Notes: generated by a model from the letters alone, not told the origin. Shown: positions 7,956 to 18,216, counted from the stretch's first letter. The stretch: 41,996 bases of DNA from an uncultured Ruaniaceae bacterium (GCA_964564445.1 CAZMDO010000001.1:1-41996), one strand, 5' to 3'. A program made the numbers and translations.

Positions 7956-10715
7956 TCACCCGAGCAGCTGCTGCAGCTCCTCACGGCCATCCACACCGAG
8001 CTTGCGGTAGACCCGGGAGAGATGGAACTCCACCGTACGCTCGGAGATGAACAGCCGCCGGGCCGCCTGAGCGTTCGATGCGCCCCCGCCGACCTCCCGG
8101 GCGACCTCGTACTCTCGTGGGGTCAGCTGACTGATCGCACCGTGTGCGGGGTGCGCCGTAGGTCGCGCCCGCCGTTCGCCGCAGGCGGCCAGCTCCGAAC
8201 GGCAGGTCTGGGTCCAGGTGGTGGCGCCCAGCCGGGAGAAGATCTCCTCGGCCGTGCGCAGCCGCTCGCGGGCATCGCTCTTGCGGCGCTGCCGGCGGAG
8301 CCGCTGACCCCACAGCAGCAGGGTGCGGGCCAGCTCGAACGGAGGTCCGCTGGCGAGCAGCTCGACCGCACCGGCGAACCGGGCGTCGATCTCCTCCGGC
8401 GGGCAGACCATCGCTCGGCAGCGCCGTGCCAGGCCGACCATGGTGCGGTGCCGCACGGCAGTCATCTGCTGCTCGAACCGGTCCAGGTCCTCGAGCAGGT
8501 CCTCGGCGGTGCCCAGGTGCCAGCGGGCCTCGAACTCGTCCGCGAACCGGGAGGTGTATCCGCCGATCACGCCACCGGAGCGCCGCTCGATGGCAGCGGC
8601 CTCGGCGAGCGCGCTCGCGGCGGTGGTGAAGTCCCGGCGGGCGAGGGAGAGCAGTCCGCAGACGAAGGCATCCAGGTGCGCGGTGGTGGCCGGCCAGGCA
8701 CGTGCACCCGCCCGTGCGCGCAGGCGGAGCTCCTCGCACCTGCGCTCGTCGCCCCGGGCGGCGTGCAGCTCCGCGTGCCGCAGGGCGAGGAACGGGAACG
8801 GCCCGGCATAGTCGCTGTCCAGCAGCAGCCGCTCCACGGCGGCGAACACCAGGTCGGCACGGTCCCAGTCGCCCTGCGCGTGGGCGAGCTGAGCACCCAT
8901 CCACCCGCGCACGTGTGCGGCCGCCACGCTCATGCCCTGCTGGTCGGCGAGCGCATCTGCCCGGGCGTGCAGCTCCCGCAGCGTCCCCAGCTCCTCGAGC
9001 CAGCCGAGCACCACCACCACGAACCCCGTGGGTGACTCGGGGTCGCCGGCACGCTCCCAGCCCGAGCTGCCCACCCAGCCGGCACGCAACACCTGGCCGG
9101 CGCCGGGGGCGCCGACCATGCATCCGACGGCGTCGCACAGCAGCCGCGTGCCCGGGAGCAGCTCGGGCCCAGCCGGTCCGCTGAGCAGGTGCTCGCACAC
9201 CGACCAAGCGCGTCGGTACTCGCCGGCGGCGAGGTCGGCCATCGCCAGTGCGGTGAGCAGCGCTGCCCCGGAGGCCCGGTCGTCGGCCTGCTCCGAACCG
9301 GTCAGCTCCAGACCGAGAGCGGCGAGCTCTGGCTGGTTCTCCGGGGCCTCGGAACGGGACCACACCGAGACCGCGGTGGCCAGCCGGGACAGGTCGGCCC
9401 GCTCGCTGGCGCTGGCGGCGCCGGGGAGCAGCTGTGCCAGCAGCCGGGTGGCTTGTGGCACGGCCCCGGCGAGTGCGTACTGCCGGCACGCCTGACGGCG
9501 GGCGTCGAAGGAGGTGTCGGGTGCGTGCTCGGCGACCACCTCCCACCAGGCGGCGGCCTCGGCATGCGCGGTGGTCGCGGCGGCACGCTCCGCGCAGGTC
9601 CGCGCGCCGGCAGCGACCACGGCGGGGTCGGCTCCGGGTACGTGCACCAGGTGGGCGGTGGCCCGCTCGGGCTGATCGTGCCAGAGGTCGGCAAGGATCC
9701 GGTGGGCCCGGTGGGTCAGCTCGAGCGGCGCCGCCTGCTGGATGGCTGCCCGGGCGGTCGGGTGCTGGAACTGGCAGGTACCCTCCCGCAGCCGCACCAG
9801 GTGGCTGCGCTCGGCGCGGGTGAAGTGGCCGAAACCGAGTCCGGCCACGGTCAGGGCGGTGTGCAGCCGCCCGGTGTCCAGCGGTTCGAAGGACGCCAGG
9901 AGCAGGGCGAACAGCTCCTCGTCGTCGAGGGCGGAGATCCGCCGGTCATAGAGCTGTCCGATGCGTTCCCCGAGCGGGAGGTGCTGTGGCATCGGTTCGG
10001 TGCCGGCCCGCTGGCCCGGGCTGAGCTCGCTGGGCAGCTCCACCAGCGCCAGCGGCAGGCCGCCGGCGGCCTCGGCGATCCTCGCGGCCGGCATCGAGGC
10101 CAGGTCCGGGTGCCGGGCGCGGAGCAGCTCCTGCACCGCCCGCTCGGGCAGCGGCTCGAGCGGCACGCTCTGCCCGACCCCGTCGAGCAGGGCGGCGTGC
10201 TCGGTGCGCACGCCGAGCAGCAGGAACACCGGGTCGGCGTCCAGCCGGCGAGCCAGGAACACGAGCACCTGTCGGCTGCTCGCGTCGATCCAGTGCACAT
10301 CGTCGACGACGACCAGCACGGGAGCCTCCCGACCGAGCCGTCCGACGAGCGCCAGCGCAGCAGCTGCCACGGCGAGGAGCCCGGGGGAGGGGCCGGCGTC
10401 CAGGGCCAGCGTCCGGCGCAGGTGCCCGCGTGCCGGCTCGGGGAGCGTGTCGACGGCACCGAGCACGGGGGCCAGCAGCTGGTGCAGCCCGGCGAAAGGT
10501 ACGCCGGTCTCGGCCGGGTGGCCCGCGGCGCGCAGCAGCACAGCGTCGTCGGCAGCTGTGGCCATGCTGCCGAAGGCCTCAAGCACCGTGCTCTTCCCGC
10601 TGCCTGCGCGGCCACGGAGCACCCGGACCTGGGCGGAACCCTGTTGCGCCGCGGTCCACGCGCCCTGCAGCTCGCGGAGCACCTCGACGCGACCGACCAC
10701 CGGCGACGATGCCAC
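7956..10715 (-). CDS. LAL-type regulator (N-terminal AAA ATPase, C-terminal LuxR HTH)
   Basis: VGRVEVL, Walker A GRAGSGKST, Walker B LVVVDDVHWID, GGLPLALVEL, C-terminal LTPREYEVA..SNAQAARRLFISERTVEFHLSRVYRKLGV; TAGGCT -10 lies 6 nt before the GTG. Confidence 0.92.
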   Translation of the reverse strand: MASSPVVGRVEVLRELQGAWTAAQQGSAQVRVLRGRAGSGKSTVLEAFGSMATAADDAVLLRAAGHPAETGVPFAGLHQLLAPVLGAVDTLPEPARGHLRRTLALDAGPSPGLLAVAAAALALVGRLGREAPVLVVVDDVHWIDASSRQVLVFLARRLDADPVFLLLGVRTEHAALLDGVGQSVPLEPLPERAVQELLRARHPDLASMPAARIAEAAGGLPLALVELPSELSPGQRAGTEPMPQHLPLGERIGQLYDRRISALDDEELFALLLASFEPLDTGRLHTALTVAGLGFGHFTRAERSHLVRLREGTCQFQHPTARAAIQQAAPLELTHRAHRILADLWHDQPERATAHLVHVPGADPAVVAAGARTCAERAAATTAHAEAAAWWEVVAEHAPDTSFDARRQACRQYALAGAVPQATRLLAQLLPGAASASERADLSRLATAVSVWSRSEAPENQPELAALGLELTGSEQADDRASGAALLTALAMADLAAGEYRRAWSVCEHLLSGPAGPELLPGTRLLCDAVGCMVGAPGAGQVLRAGWVGSSGWERAGDPESPTGFVVVVLGWLEELGTLRELHARADALADQQGMSVAAAHVRGWMGAQLAHAQGDWDRADLVFAAVERLLLDSDYAGPFPFLALRHAELHAARGDERRCEELRLRARAGARAWPATTAHLDAFVCGLLSLARRDFTTAASALAEAAAIERRSGGVIGGYTSRFADEFEARWHLGTAEDLLEDLDRFEQQMTAVRHRTMVGLARRCRAMVCPPEEIDARFAGAVELLASGPPFELARTLLLWGQRLRRQRRKSDARERLRTAEEIFSRLGATTWTQTCRSELAACGERRARPTAHPAHGAISQLTPREYEVAREVGGGASNAQAARRLFISERTVEFHLSRVYRKLGVDGREELQQLLG

Positions 10716-10758
10716 GAGGCAAGCCTAGTGAGTCCACCTGGGCGGGCAGCGCGCCCGC

Positions 10759-10864
10759 CCGTGCGGCGTGTGTTGTCGGCGGGCGGGTCCTGCCGTGCGG
10801 CGTGTGCTGGCGCCGGGCGGGTCCTGCCGTGCGGCGTGTGCTGGCGCCGGGCGGCCCTGCCGTG
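10759..10864. repeat. Tandem repeat, about 3 copies of a 34-bp unit
   Basis: Unit CCGTGCGGCGTGTGCTGGCGCCGGGCGGGTCCTG at 10793-10826, with variants at 10759-10792 and 10827-10859 and a partial CCGTG at 10860-10864; no spacers. Confidence 0.9.
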
Positions 10865-10890
10865 GAGCGCGGCTCGGAGGGCACCACATT

Positions 10891-10930
10891 CGGAAAGCGC
10901 TTGCCGCGCCTGGGGTGGATCCGGCATGAT
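10891..10930 (+). promoter_or_regulatory. LacI-type operator overlapping the -35 of the SDR/flavoprotein promoter
   Basis: CGGAAAGCGCTTGCCG (10891-10906, 14/16 palindromic); TTGCCG(10901-10906)-N18-CATGAT(10925-10930). Confidence 0.72.
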
Positions 10931-11076
10931 GGGGACGGCCGGCGCGCCACGGCCCCTGGTCCGGCGGCCGGCGGGGCCGAGCGGCCCTGCGGTCGCAGGT
11001 TCCCGCCGGCCAGAGGTCCGGCAGACCGCAGGCCGGACCCGCCCCATCCCCCAGCTGTCACTCGAAGGAGTCCCCC

Positions 11077-11883
11077 GTGCCCAAGGTCGCACTCGTCACC
11101 GGCGGAAACCGCGGTATCGGTCTGGGTATCACCCAGGCGTTGCTCGCCGAGGGGTACGCCGTCGCGATCCTGGCCACCCGGCCCGAGCCCACCGAGCTCA
11201 TCGACGAGCTGAGCCGCTCCGGTGAGGTCAGCTATGTGCAGGGCTCCGTGGCCGACCTGGCCGACCACGCCCGCTACGTGGACGCCGCCCTGGACCGCTG
11301 GGGGCGGATCGACCTGCTGGTGAACAACGCCGGCGTGGCTCCCTCGGTGCGCGCGGACATCCTCGAGGCCGAGCCGGAGAGCTTCGACCGGGTGCTCGGG
11401 ATCAACCTGCGCGGCCCCTACTTCCTCACCCAGCGGGTGGCGAACGTGATGATCGGCCAGCATGCGCCCGAGGCGACCACAGCGCCGGGCGAGGCCAGCA
11501 CGCCCGGCCAGGCTGCGCCGTCGGTGCGGGGAACGATCGTGAACGTCTCCTCCACCTCGGCGGTGACCGTGTCCACCAACCGGGGCGAGTACTGCATCTC
11601 CAAGGCCGGTGTCGGCATGGCCACCCAGCTCTGGGCCGCCCGGCTGGCCCCCGAGGGCATCCTGGTCTACGAGGTGCGCCCCGGCGTGATCGCCACCGAC
11701 ATGACCGCCGGTGTCAAGGACAAGTACGACGAGCAGTTCGCCGGTGGTCTGGCCCCGATGCCCCGCTGGGGCACGCCCGCCGACGTCGCCGGCGCCGTGG
11801 TGCAGCTCGCCGCCGGCCGGATGCCCTACTCCACCGGCGAGATCATCAACGTCGACGGCGGCATGCACATCCCCCGCCTCTGA
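11077..11883 (+). CDS. Short-chain dehydrogenase/reductase (family often annotated 3-ketoacyl-ACP reductase; probably acts on a sugar)
   Basis: VTGGNRGIG, LVNNAG, NVSS, catalytic YCISK, VRPGVIATDM, NVDGG; RBS GAAGGAG. Confidence 0.9.
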   Translation: MPKVALVTGGNRGIGLGITQALLAEGYAVAILATRPEPTELIDELSRSGEVSYVQGSVADLADHARYVDAALDRWGRIDLLVNNAGVAPSVRADILEAEPESFDRVLGINLRGPYFLTQRVANVMIGQHAPEATTAPGEASTPGQAAPSVRGTIVNVSSTSAVTVSTNRGEYCISKAGVGMATQLWAARLAPEGILVYEVRPGVIATDMTAGVKDKYDEQFAGGLAPMPRWGTPADVAGAVVQLAAGRMPYSTGEIINVDGGMHIPRL

Positions 11884-11973
11884 CCCCACCCCTCCCCGGG
11901 TCGTCATGCCCAGCGTGCGCCATAGCGCACGCCTGGCATGACGACCGCGAAAGCCAGCACAGGAGCACCCATC

Positions 11974-14199
11974 ATGACCACTGCCCAGGACCTCCCCGCC
12001 GCCGAGACACTGACCATCGACGACCTCGATGTGCCGGTGGTCAGCGCCAACACCGTGGTGGTGGGCACCGGCTCGGCCGGGTTCTGCGCCGCCGACCGGC
12101 TCTGGGAGCTCGGCACCGAGGACGTGGTGATGGTCACCGACAAGGTCGGGGCCGGCGCCAGCCGAAACGCCGGCTCGGACAAGCAGACCTACTACAAGCT
12201 CACCCTCTCCGGCCCGGACGGCGACTCGGTGCACGAGATGGCGCAGACGCTGTTCGCCGGTGGCGCGATGGACGGCGACAACGCCCTGGCCGAGGCGGCC
12301 CTGTCGGCCCGCTGCTTCCTGCGCCTGTGCGACCTGGGCGTGCCGTTCCCGCAGAACCGGTACGGGGAGTTCATCGGTTACAAGACCGACCACGACCCGC
12401 GCCGCCGGGCCACCTCGGTGGGGCCGTACACGTCCCGGTCGATGGTGCAGCAGCTGGAGAAGAAGGTCGCCCGCAACGGCACCCCGGTCTACGACAACTG
12501 CCGGGTGATCGACCTGATCGTGCGCGGTGCGGGTGCCGACGCCCAGATCGCCGGGCTGCTCGTGCTGCGGACCGACGTGCCGCACGACGGCGCCCGCTCG
12601 CCCTACCTGCTGCTGCGCTGCGCGAACATCGTCTACGCCACCGGCGGTCCGGCCGGCATCTACGCCACCCGGGTGTTCCCGAACGGCCAGTGGGGTGCCT
12701 CCGGGGCCGCCTACCGGGCTGGCGTGCACGGCAAGGGCGTCACCGAGTGGCAGTTCGGGCTGGCCTCGATCAAGCCGCGCTGGAACGTCTCCGGCACGTA
12801 CATGCAGGTGATCCCGCGGTTCGTCTCCACCGACGCCGACGGCGGTGACGAGCGGGAGTTCCTCACCGAGGCGATCGGCGACTACGGCCGGCTGATGACC
12901 CTGGTGTTCCTCAAGGGCTACCAGTGGCCCTTCGACGTGCGCAAGGCCCGGGACGGCTCCAGCCTGATCGACCTGCTCGTCTACCGGGAGACCGTGCTGC
13001 GCGGGCGGCGGGTGTTCCTGGACTTCCGGTCCAACCCGGTTCGGGAGACCTTCGACCCCATCGCGCTGGAGCCGGAGGCCCATGAGTACCTGGAGAAGGC
13101 CGGGGTGCTGTTCGGCACCCCGATCGAGCGGCTGCGGGCGATGAACGAGCCCGCCTACCAGTTCTACCTGGAGAAGAACCCGCAGGTGGACCTGGAGACC
13201 GAGATGCTCGAGGTGGACGTGTGCGCCCAGCACAACAACGGCGGCCTGCTGGTGGACCGCTGGTGGCAGTCGAACGTGGCCGGGTTCTTCCCCGTCGGGG
13301 AGGCCGGCGGTGCGCACGGGGTGTACCGGCCCGGCGGGTCCGCGCTGAACTCCGGCCAGGTGGGCGCCACCAGGGCGGCCCAGTTCATCGCCGCCCGGCG
13401 CACCCAGGAACCGCTGTCCGCCGAGGAGTTCGCTGCGCTGGCCACGCCGGTGCTCTCCGGTGCGCGGGCGCTGGCGCAGGTGGCCTCCGAGCGGGCCGCC
13501 GCCGGCACCCCGGACAACACCGGCGAGCTGCTCACCGCCGTGCAGGAGCTCATGAGCGCCAAGGCCGGTCCGGTGCGCTCGGCCGACTCGATCGCCGAGG
13601 CCTTGGAGCAGGTGCACCGCTGGCTCACCGGTTACACCGACCTGATCAGCGCCGACGCCACCTCCCGCCGGTCGATGAACCGCACCTTCCTGGTCCGCGA
13701 CATCCTCACCACCGCCTACATCTACCTCAGCGCGATGGCCGACTACGTGGCCCACGGCGGGCGCTCCCGCGGCTCGGTGCTCTACACCGACCCGGCCGGT
13801 GACCTGCCGCTGGTCGGCTACGGCCCGCAGGCCGGGGACGAGCTGGACCTGCCCGAGCTGTTCCGGTTCACCCTGGACGACGGCGCGCTCGCCGGACAGG
13901 TGCAGGAGACGGCGTGGCTGGCACCGACCGCGGGGCCTGCGGCGGCGCCCGATGGCCCCGATGGGGCGGCGAGCGATGCGGGCGGCGGGCCTGGTGCGCT
14001 CGGCGCAGCGGTGGGCGCGCAGGCGCCGAGCGCGGCACCGGTGGCCGACCCGGCGTTCGCCCCGGCGACCGAGCGGGCGGCGACCGACCCGGCCGGGCGG
14101 CCGGTGTTCCGGTGGCGACCGGTGCGCCCGATCCCGGCCGACGACGACTTCTTCGAGAACGTCTGGCGGTCCTACCGCGAGCACGGCAACGTGTACTGA
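11974..14199 (+). CDS. FAD-binding protein, succinate dehydrogenase/fumarate reductase flavoprotein-like fold, substrate unknown
   Basis: VVVGTGSAG dinucleotide motif, YATGG, QHNNGGL, FPVGEAGGAHGVYRPGGSALNSGQVGA, SRGS; RBS AGGAG before ATG 11974; no Fe-S or anchor subunit genes adjacent. Confidence 0.82.
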   Translation: MTTAQDLPAAETLTIDDLDVPVVSANTVVVGTGSAGFCAADRLWELGTEDVVMVTDKVGAGASRNAGSDKQTYYKLTLSGPDGDSVHEMAQTLFAGGAMDGDNALAEAALSARCFLRLCDLGVPFPQNRYGEFIGYKTDHDPRRRATSVGPYTSRSMVQQLEKKVARNGTPVYDNCRVIDLIVRGAGADAQIAGLLVLRTDVPHDGARSPYLLLRCANIVYATGGPAGIYATRVFPNGQWGASGAAYRAGVHGKGVTEWQFGLASIKPRWNVSGTYMQVIPRFVSTDADGGDEREFLTEAIGDYGRLMTLVFLKGYQWPFDVRKARDGSSLIDLLVYRETVLRGRRVFLDFRSNPVRETFDPIALEPEAHEYLEKAGVLFGTPIERLRAMNEPAYQFYLEKNPQVDLETEMLEVDVCAQHNNGGLLVDRWWQSNVAGFFPVGEAGGAHGVYRPGGSALNSGQVGATRAAQFIAARRTQEPLSAEEFAALATPVLSGARALAQVASERAAAGTPDNTGELLTAVQELMSAKAGPVRSADSIAEALEQVHRWLTGYTDLISADATSRRSMNRTFLVRDILTTAYIYLSAMADYVAHGGRSRGSVLYTDPAGDLPLVGYGPQAGDELDLPELFRFTLDDGALAGQVQETAWLAPTAGPAAAPDGPDGAASDAGGGPGALGAAVGAQAPSAAPVADPAFAPATERAATDPAGRPVFRWRPVRPIPADDDFFENVWRSYREHGNVY

Positions 14200-14313
14200 G
14201 CCCGCCTGTCGCCCACCCCGCTGCCCACACACTCTGGTGGTGACCACGGATGCCGGGCCCGGCCCCGGCGCCATAGCCTCCCGGCATGGATCGGGTCGTC
14301 GAGGAGGAGCACG

Positions 14314-15431
14314 ATGCGGACGGGGCGGTGGTGGCGACCGGCAGCTGCGGGTGCGGCTGCCTGCGCGATGCTGGTGGCTGGCTGTGGTGGCGGGTCGGGG
14401 ACGACCGCCACCACAGGACCGACTGCGGCTGAGACCACGGCCACCGAGGACGGCGAAGAGCACCAGGATCCGGCCACCGGAGCGGATGGTGGCGACGGCG
14501 CGACCGAGCCCGCCACCGAGGATGGGGCCGGCACCGACTTCTGCGGCCCGCTGGAGGAGTTCTACCGGCTGTCGGTGATCACCATGTTCGGCCTGGCGTT
14601 CGAGCCGGGCCCGGAGGTGGTCCGCGCCACGGTGCAGGCGGGTGAGTCTGCCGGTCAGGTGCGGCCGTTGCTGCCGGCGGAGATCGCGGCCGACCTGGAG
14701 CCGATGCTCGTGCTCGCCGAAGACCTCGCCGCCCCATGGACGGGGTGGACCCGGACGACCCGGCCGCGGTGAACGCCGCCGCAGAGAGCGTGCCCGGCTA
14801 CCTCACCCAGGACGAGGACCTGCTCACCGACGTGGACGCCTACACCGAGCAGGCCTGCTCCTTCACCGCCGACTCCGTGGCCGAGGAGATGCTCACCGCC
14901 GACGCCGAGACCACCTCGAGCGGTGCCGGCACCGATGCCGGTACTGGCACCGATCCCGGCACCGGCCCGGCCCAGGCGCCACCGGCCGACTGCGACCGCC
15001 TGGACACCGACGCCATCCTCGCCGCCCTCGGCGGGCGCAGCGCCACCGTGGAGCAGCTCGGCGGGAGCCCGGAGTTCACCTACCAGCTCGGTGAGGAGCA
15101 GTTCTACGGCGCCTCGACCGCGTGCACCGTGGCGCTGGGGCTGAGCGAGCACGGCCCACCGGAGGTGCGGATGCGGTTCCTGACCATGGGCGCGGACTTC
15201 TACCCGCGGTACCGACAGCTCGCCCAGACCGAGGACGCCTTCGCCCCGGCGGCCCTGACCGGCGCGGATGCCTTCTACTACCAGGAGACCTCGTTCCAGT
15301 CGGCTCTGGTCGCCGAGCTCACCGGCGGGCACGTCCTGGTGGTCAGCGCCAGCGCCGGCGTCAGCGCACCGGCTCCCGACCTGGCGGCGATGACCACGGT
15401 CGGCCAGGCGGCCCTCGCCGCGCTGGGTTGA
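14314..15431 (+). pseudogene. Lipoprotein split by an apparent single-base frameshift near 14732-14736
   Basis: RBS GAGGAG, lipobox LVAGC, acidic linker; coding-like frame shifts at ...CTC GCC GCC CC ATG GAC GGG..., from ORF 14314-14772 into ORF 14736-15431. Confidence 0.7.
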
Positions 15432-15432
15432 C

Positions 15433-16797
15433 TCAGCCGATCCGCCACCCGGTCAGCTGCCTGGGGGACACCAGCACCAGGTGCTTGCCGTCGGTGACGA
15501 TCTGGAACATGTCCTCGGGCGCCTCCACCTGCCACAGCTTTTCCCCCGACCGGGCATCGAGACCCACCACCGGACCGGGGCCGACGAAGCCGCCGGCCGG
15601 GGAGAGCTGGCGCAGCTGCCCGGCCAGGGTGGACCGGTCGCTCACGCATGGGCACATCAACCAGTGGTCGTCCCGCTGCCAGAGCAGCTCGCCGGTGTCG
15701 GCGCGCAGCCCCTGCATCGTCGCGGACTCCCCGTGCGGGACCAGCACGAACAGCACGCCGTCGATCCGCGCGATCGGGTACGTCATCTGCTCGCTGCGCC
15801 AGCGCAGCTCACCGCTGCGGCGGTCGCGCACGGTGAGCACCCCCTCGGCGTCCATGGTGACCACGTCGTCGCTGCGCCACTGGGCGTCGTACTGCAGCTG
15901 GGACGAACCTCCGGCGCTGGTGATCGGCTGCTTCTCGCCGCGCACGTACAGGGCACTGCTCTCCTGGTCCATCACGGCCCAGACCCCCGGGCCGAGCTGG
16001 ACCACGTACGGCCGCTCCGCCGCCAGCTGTTCCCCGGTCTCGGCATCGAAGACCGCACCGGTGACGCCGCCGAACTCGACCCAGTCGGCCACCGCCATGG
16101 TCAGCACGTGCCCGGCGACCACCGCCATCGGTTCACGGAGCAGCTGCACGTCCCGCCCGATCGTCACCGGCGTGGACCAGAGCACCTGGCCGTCGGAGAT
16201 CCGCTGCAGCTGGCCCTCCTGCCCAGCGGTCGTCGGCTGCTGCTCGCCGAGGGTGAGGGCGAACAGGTCGCCTCCGGAGGCCGCGACAGCGACCGCACCG
16301 GTGACGTCCAGGTCGGTCGTCGTGCCGGTGGCCGGGTCGATCCGCACCGCCCGGCCGGTCATGTCGGTGCAGAGCAGGTTCGTCGAGTCGCTGGTGCACC
16401 GGGCGCCGGTGAGCTCGACCTGCCAGACCTCCTGGCCGGTTGTCGGATCGAGACCCCGCACGGTCTGCGGCCCGGTGGTGACGAGCATCCCGCCGGCCAT
16501 CCGCGCCGAGTAGAGGTCCTCGACGAGGTTGACGCTCCAGGCCTGCTCCGGGGTGCTGCTGATGTCGGCCACCTGCCCCCACGGGCCCACCGGGGTGCGC
16601 AGCGGCCCGGCCAGCACCATCCCGACCAGCAGGATCACGACGGCGCAGCCCACCCAGAGGAGCGGTCCTCGCCTCGGTCGTCGGTTCCGTGGGCGCCCCG
16701 GGGCACCGCTCGGCCCGCTGTGGCCATCGTCCGGGCCGTCGTCGCCGGGCCCGTCGCCACCTGCGACGGTGAACTCCTCGACCGGCCCCTTCGACAC
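15433..16797 (-). CDS. Membrane-anchored PQQ-like beta-propeller repeat protein (paralogue 1)
   Basis: One N-terminal TM helix; repeats GLDPTTGQEVWQ, DRRSGELRWR, ADTGELLWQ, GLDARSGEKLWQ; start placed at GTG 16797 by homology with paralogue 3. Confidence 0.8.
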   Translation of the reverse strand: MSKGPVEEFTVAGGDGPGDDGPDDGHSGPSGAPGRPRNRRPRRGPLLWVGCAVVILLVGMVLAGPLRTPVGPWGQVADISSTPEQAWSVNLVEDLYSARMAGGMLVTTGPQTVRGLDPTTGQEVWQVELTGARCTSDSTNLLCTDMTGRAVRIDPATGTTTDLDVTGAVAVAASGGDLFALTLGEQQPTTAGQEGQLQRISDGQVLWSTPVTIGRDVQLLREPMAVVAGHVLTMAVADWVEFGGVTGAVFDAETGEQLAAERPYVVQLGPGVWAVMDQESSALYVRGEKQPITSAGGSSQLQYDAQWRSDDVVTMDAEGVLTVRDRRSGELRWRSEQMTYPIARIDGVLFVLVPHGESATMQGLRADTGELLWQRDDHWLMCPCVSDRSTLAGQLRQLSPAGGFVGPGPVVGLDARSGEKLWQVEAPEDMFQIVTDGKHLVLVSPRQLTGWRIG

Positions 16798-16827
16798 CCC
16801 ACCATGATGCCGCACCGCACGCGCGGG

Positions 16828-18216
16828 TCAGCCCAGGTCCCAGCCGGTGATCCCGCTGGTGGTCACCAGGACCAGGTGCTCGCCGTCGGTGAGCACGTCC
16901 GGGGTGCTGAGCAGCTCCTCCAGCTGCCAGACCACCGACCCGGTGCGCGCGTCCAGCGCCGTCAGCCGCGGCAGGCCCACCCCGAACCCGTGCTCGCCGC
17001 CGGTGACGGGGTTGGTGACGAGCACCAGGGTGTGCGCGTCCGCCAGGCAGGAGCACCCGGCGATGGTCTCCGCACGCTGCCAGAGCACCTCCCCGCTGGT
17101 CGTGTCCCAGGCCTGCAGGTGCGGCGCCGACTCGTAGAGCAGACCGACCAGCACGCCGTCCAGCCGGGCCAGGGCCACGTCCGGCCCCCCGCCCTGCCAG
17201 CGCCAGGTGCCGGTGGCGGTGTCCTTCACGGCCACGCGGCCGTCGCGACCGACGCGCAACCGGTCGGTGCCCTGCCAGTCCGCGTCGTAGCCGACCGAGC
17301 GGGCCACCGGCGCGATCGGCTGCGGTTCGTCCTGCCCGCGGACGTACCGGAAACCGGTGTGTGCGGTGGTGGCCGTCCACACCCCTGGCGCCACCCGGCG
17401 CACCATCACCGGGTCGTCCGCGCTGCCCACGGGTGTCCCGGTGCGGGCATCGACCGCCGCTGCGGCGGCGTACGTCGGCTGGTCGGCGACCGAGGACCAG
17501 TCGGTGAGCACGTGTCCGGCGATCACGGTCAGGTCGTGCCCGTGGCCGACGGACGGTGTCGGCGGCGCCAGCTCGATGGACCACACCGGCTCCCCGCCCT
17601 GCCGCTTCTGCAGCTGCGGCGAGCGCCCGTCGGTGATCGTGTACAGGTCCCCACCGTGCCGGGCGGCGAGCTGCACGTCGGGCACCGTCGTCTCGGCCAC
17701 GGTGAGGCCCGTGGCCGGGTCCAGGTCGAGCACGACCGATCCTCGTGGCACGCACACCAGGGACGGACCGGTGCTGGTGCAGCGCGGCCAGTCCAGGTCC
17801 CGGGCCCACCGCTGCAGGCCTGTGGCCGGGTCGAGACCGACCAGCCCGCGGGTGGTGGTGACCACCAGCACGCCGTCGGCGAGCAGGGCGGAGCGCAGCC
17901 CACCCTCCTCGGGCTGGAACTGCCAGGCCTGGACCGGCGGGGCGGTCGCGTCCGGCACCCGCCCCCACGGCGAGGGGCCAGCTTCGCGCGCGGGTGCCAC
18001 GAGCACGCCGAGCAGCACCAGCACGACGGCGGCACTCGCCCAGGGCAGCAGGCCTCGCCACGGCCTGACGCGCCCTGGCCCAAGGCGGCCAGGCGTGCGG
18101 AACCCCGACCCGGGCGGGCGGGGCCCCCAGGCGCGGGCAGACCCCGGTGCGCCGGACGGGGACAGGTGAGCTCCGCCGTCGCCGGCGACCGGGAACTCCT
18201 GTTCCTGGGGCCTCAC
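16828..18216 (-). CDS. Membrane-anchored PQQ-like beta-propeller repeat protein (paralogue 2)
   Basis: TM helix; GLDPATGLQRW, DTATGTWRW, DTTSGEVLWQ, ALDARTGSVVWQ; ends TDGEHLVLV..ITGWDLG like paralogue 1. Confidence 0.8.
   Translation of the reverse strand: MRPQEQEFPVAGDGGAHLSPSGAPGSARAWGPRPPGSGFRTPGRLGPGRVRPWRGLLPWASAAVVLVLLGVLVAPAREAGPSPWGRVPDATAPPVQAWQFQPEEGGLRSALLADGVLVVTTTRGLVGLDPATGLQRWARDLDWPRCTSTGPSLVCVPRGSVVLDLDPATGLTVAETTVPDVQLAARHGGDLYTITDGRSPQLQKRQGGEPVWSIELAPPTPSVGHGHDLTVIAGHVLTDWSSVADQPTYAAAAAVDARTGTPVGSADDPVMVRRVAPGVWTATTAHTGFRYVRGQDEPQPIAPVARSVGYDADWQGTDRLRVGRDGRVAVKDTATGTWRWQGGGPDVALARLDGVLVGLLYESAPHLQAWDTTSGEVLWQRAETIAGCSCLADAHTLVLVTNPVTGGEHGFGVGLPRLTALDARTGSVVWQLEELLSTPDVLTDGEHLVLVTTSGITGWDLG

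Noticed and set aside
10759-10864. Possible CRISPR array
   Set aside because: Units are contiguous with no unique spacers and no cas genes are present.
7956-14199. Secondary-metabolite cluster (LAL regulator + 'ketoacyl reductase' + flavoprotein)
   Set aside because: No PKS, NRPS or ACP genes; the SDR operon carries a LacI-type operator pointing to sugar catabolism.
10579-14463. 1294-aa minus-strand ORF
   Set aside because: Antisense to the SDR and flavoprotein genes; composition typical of a shadow frame.
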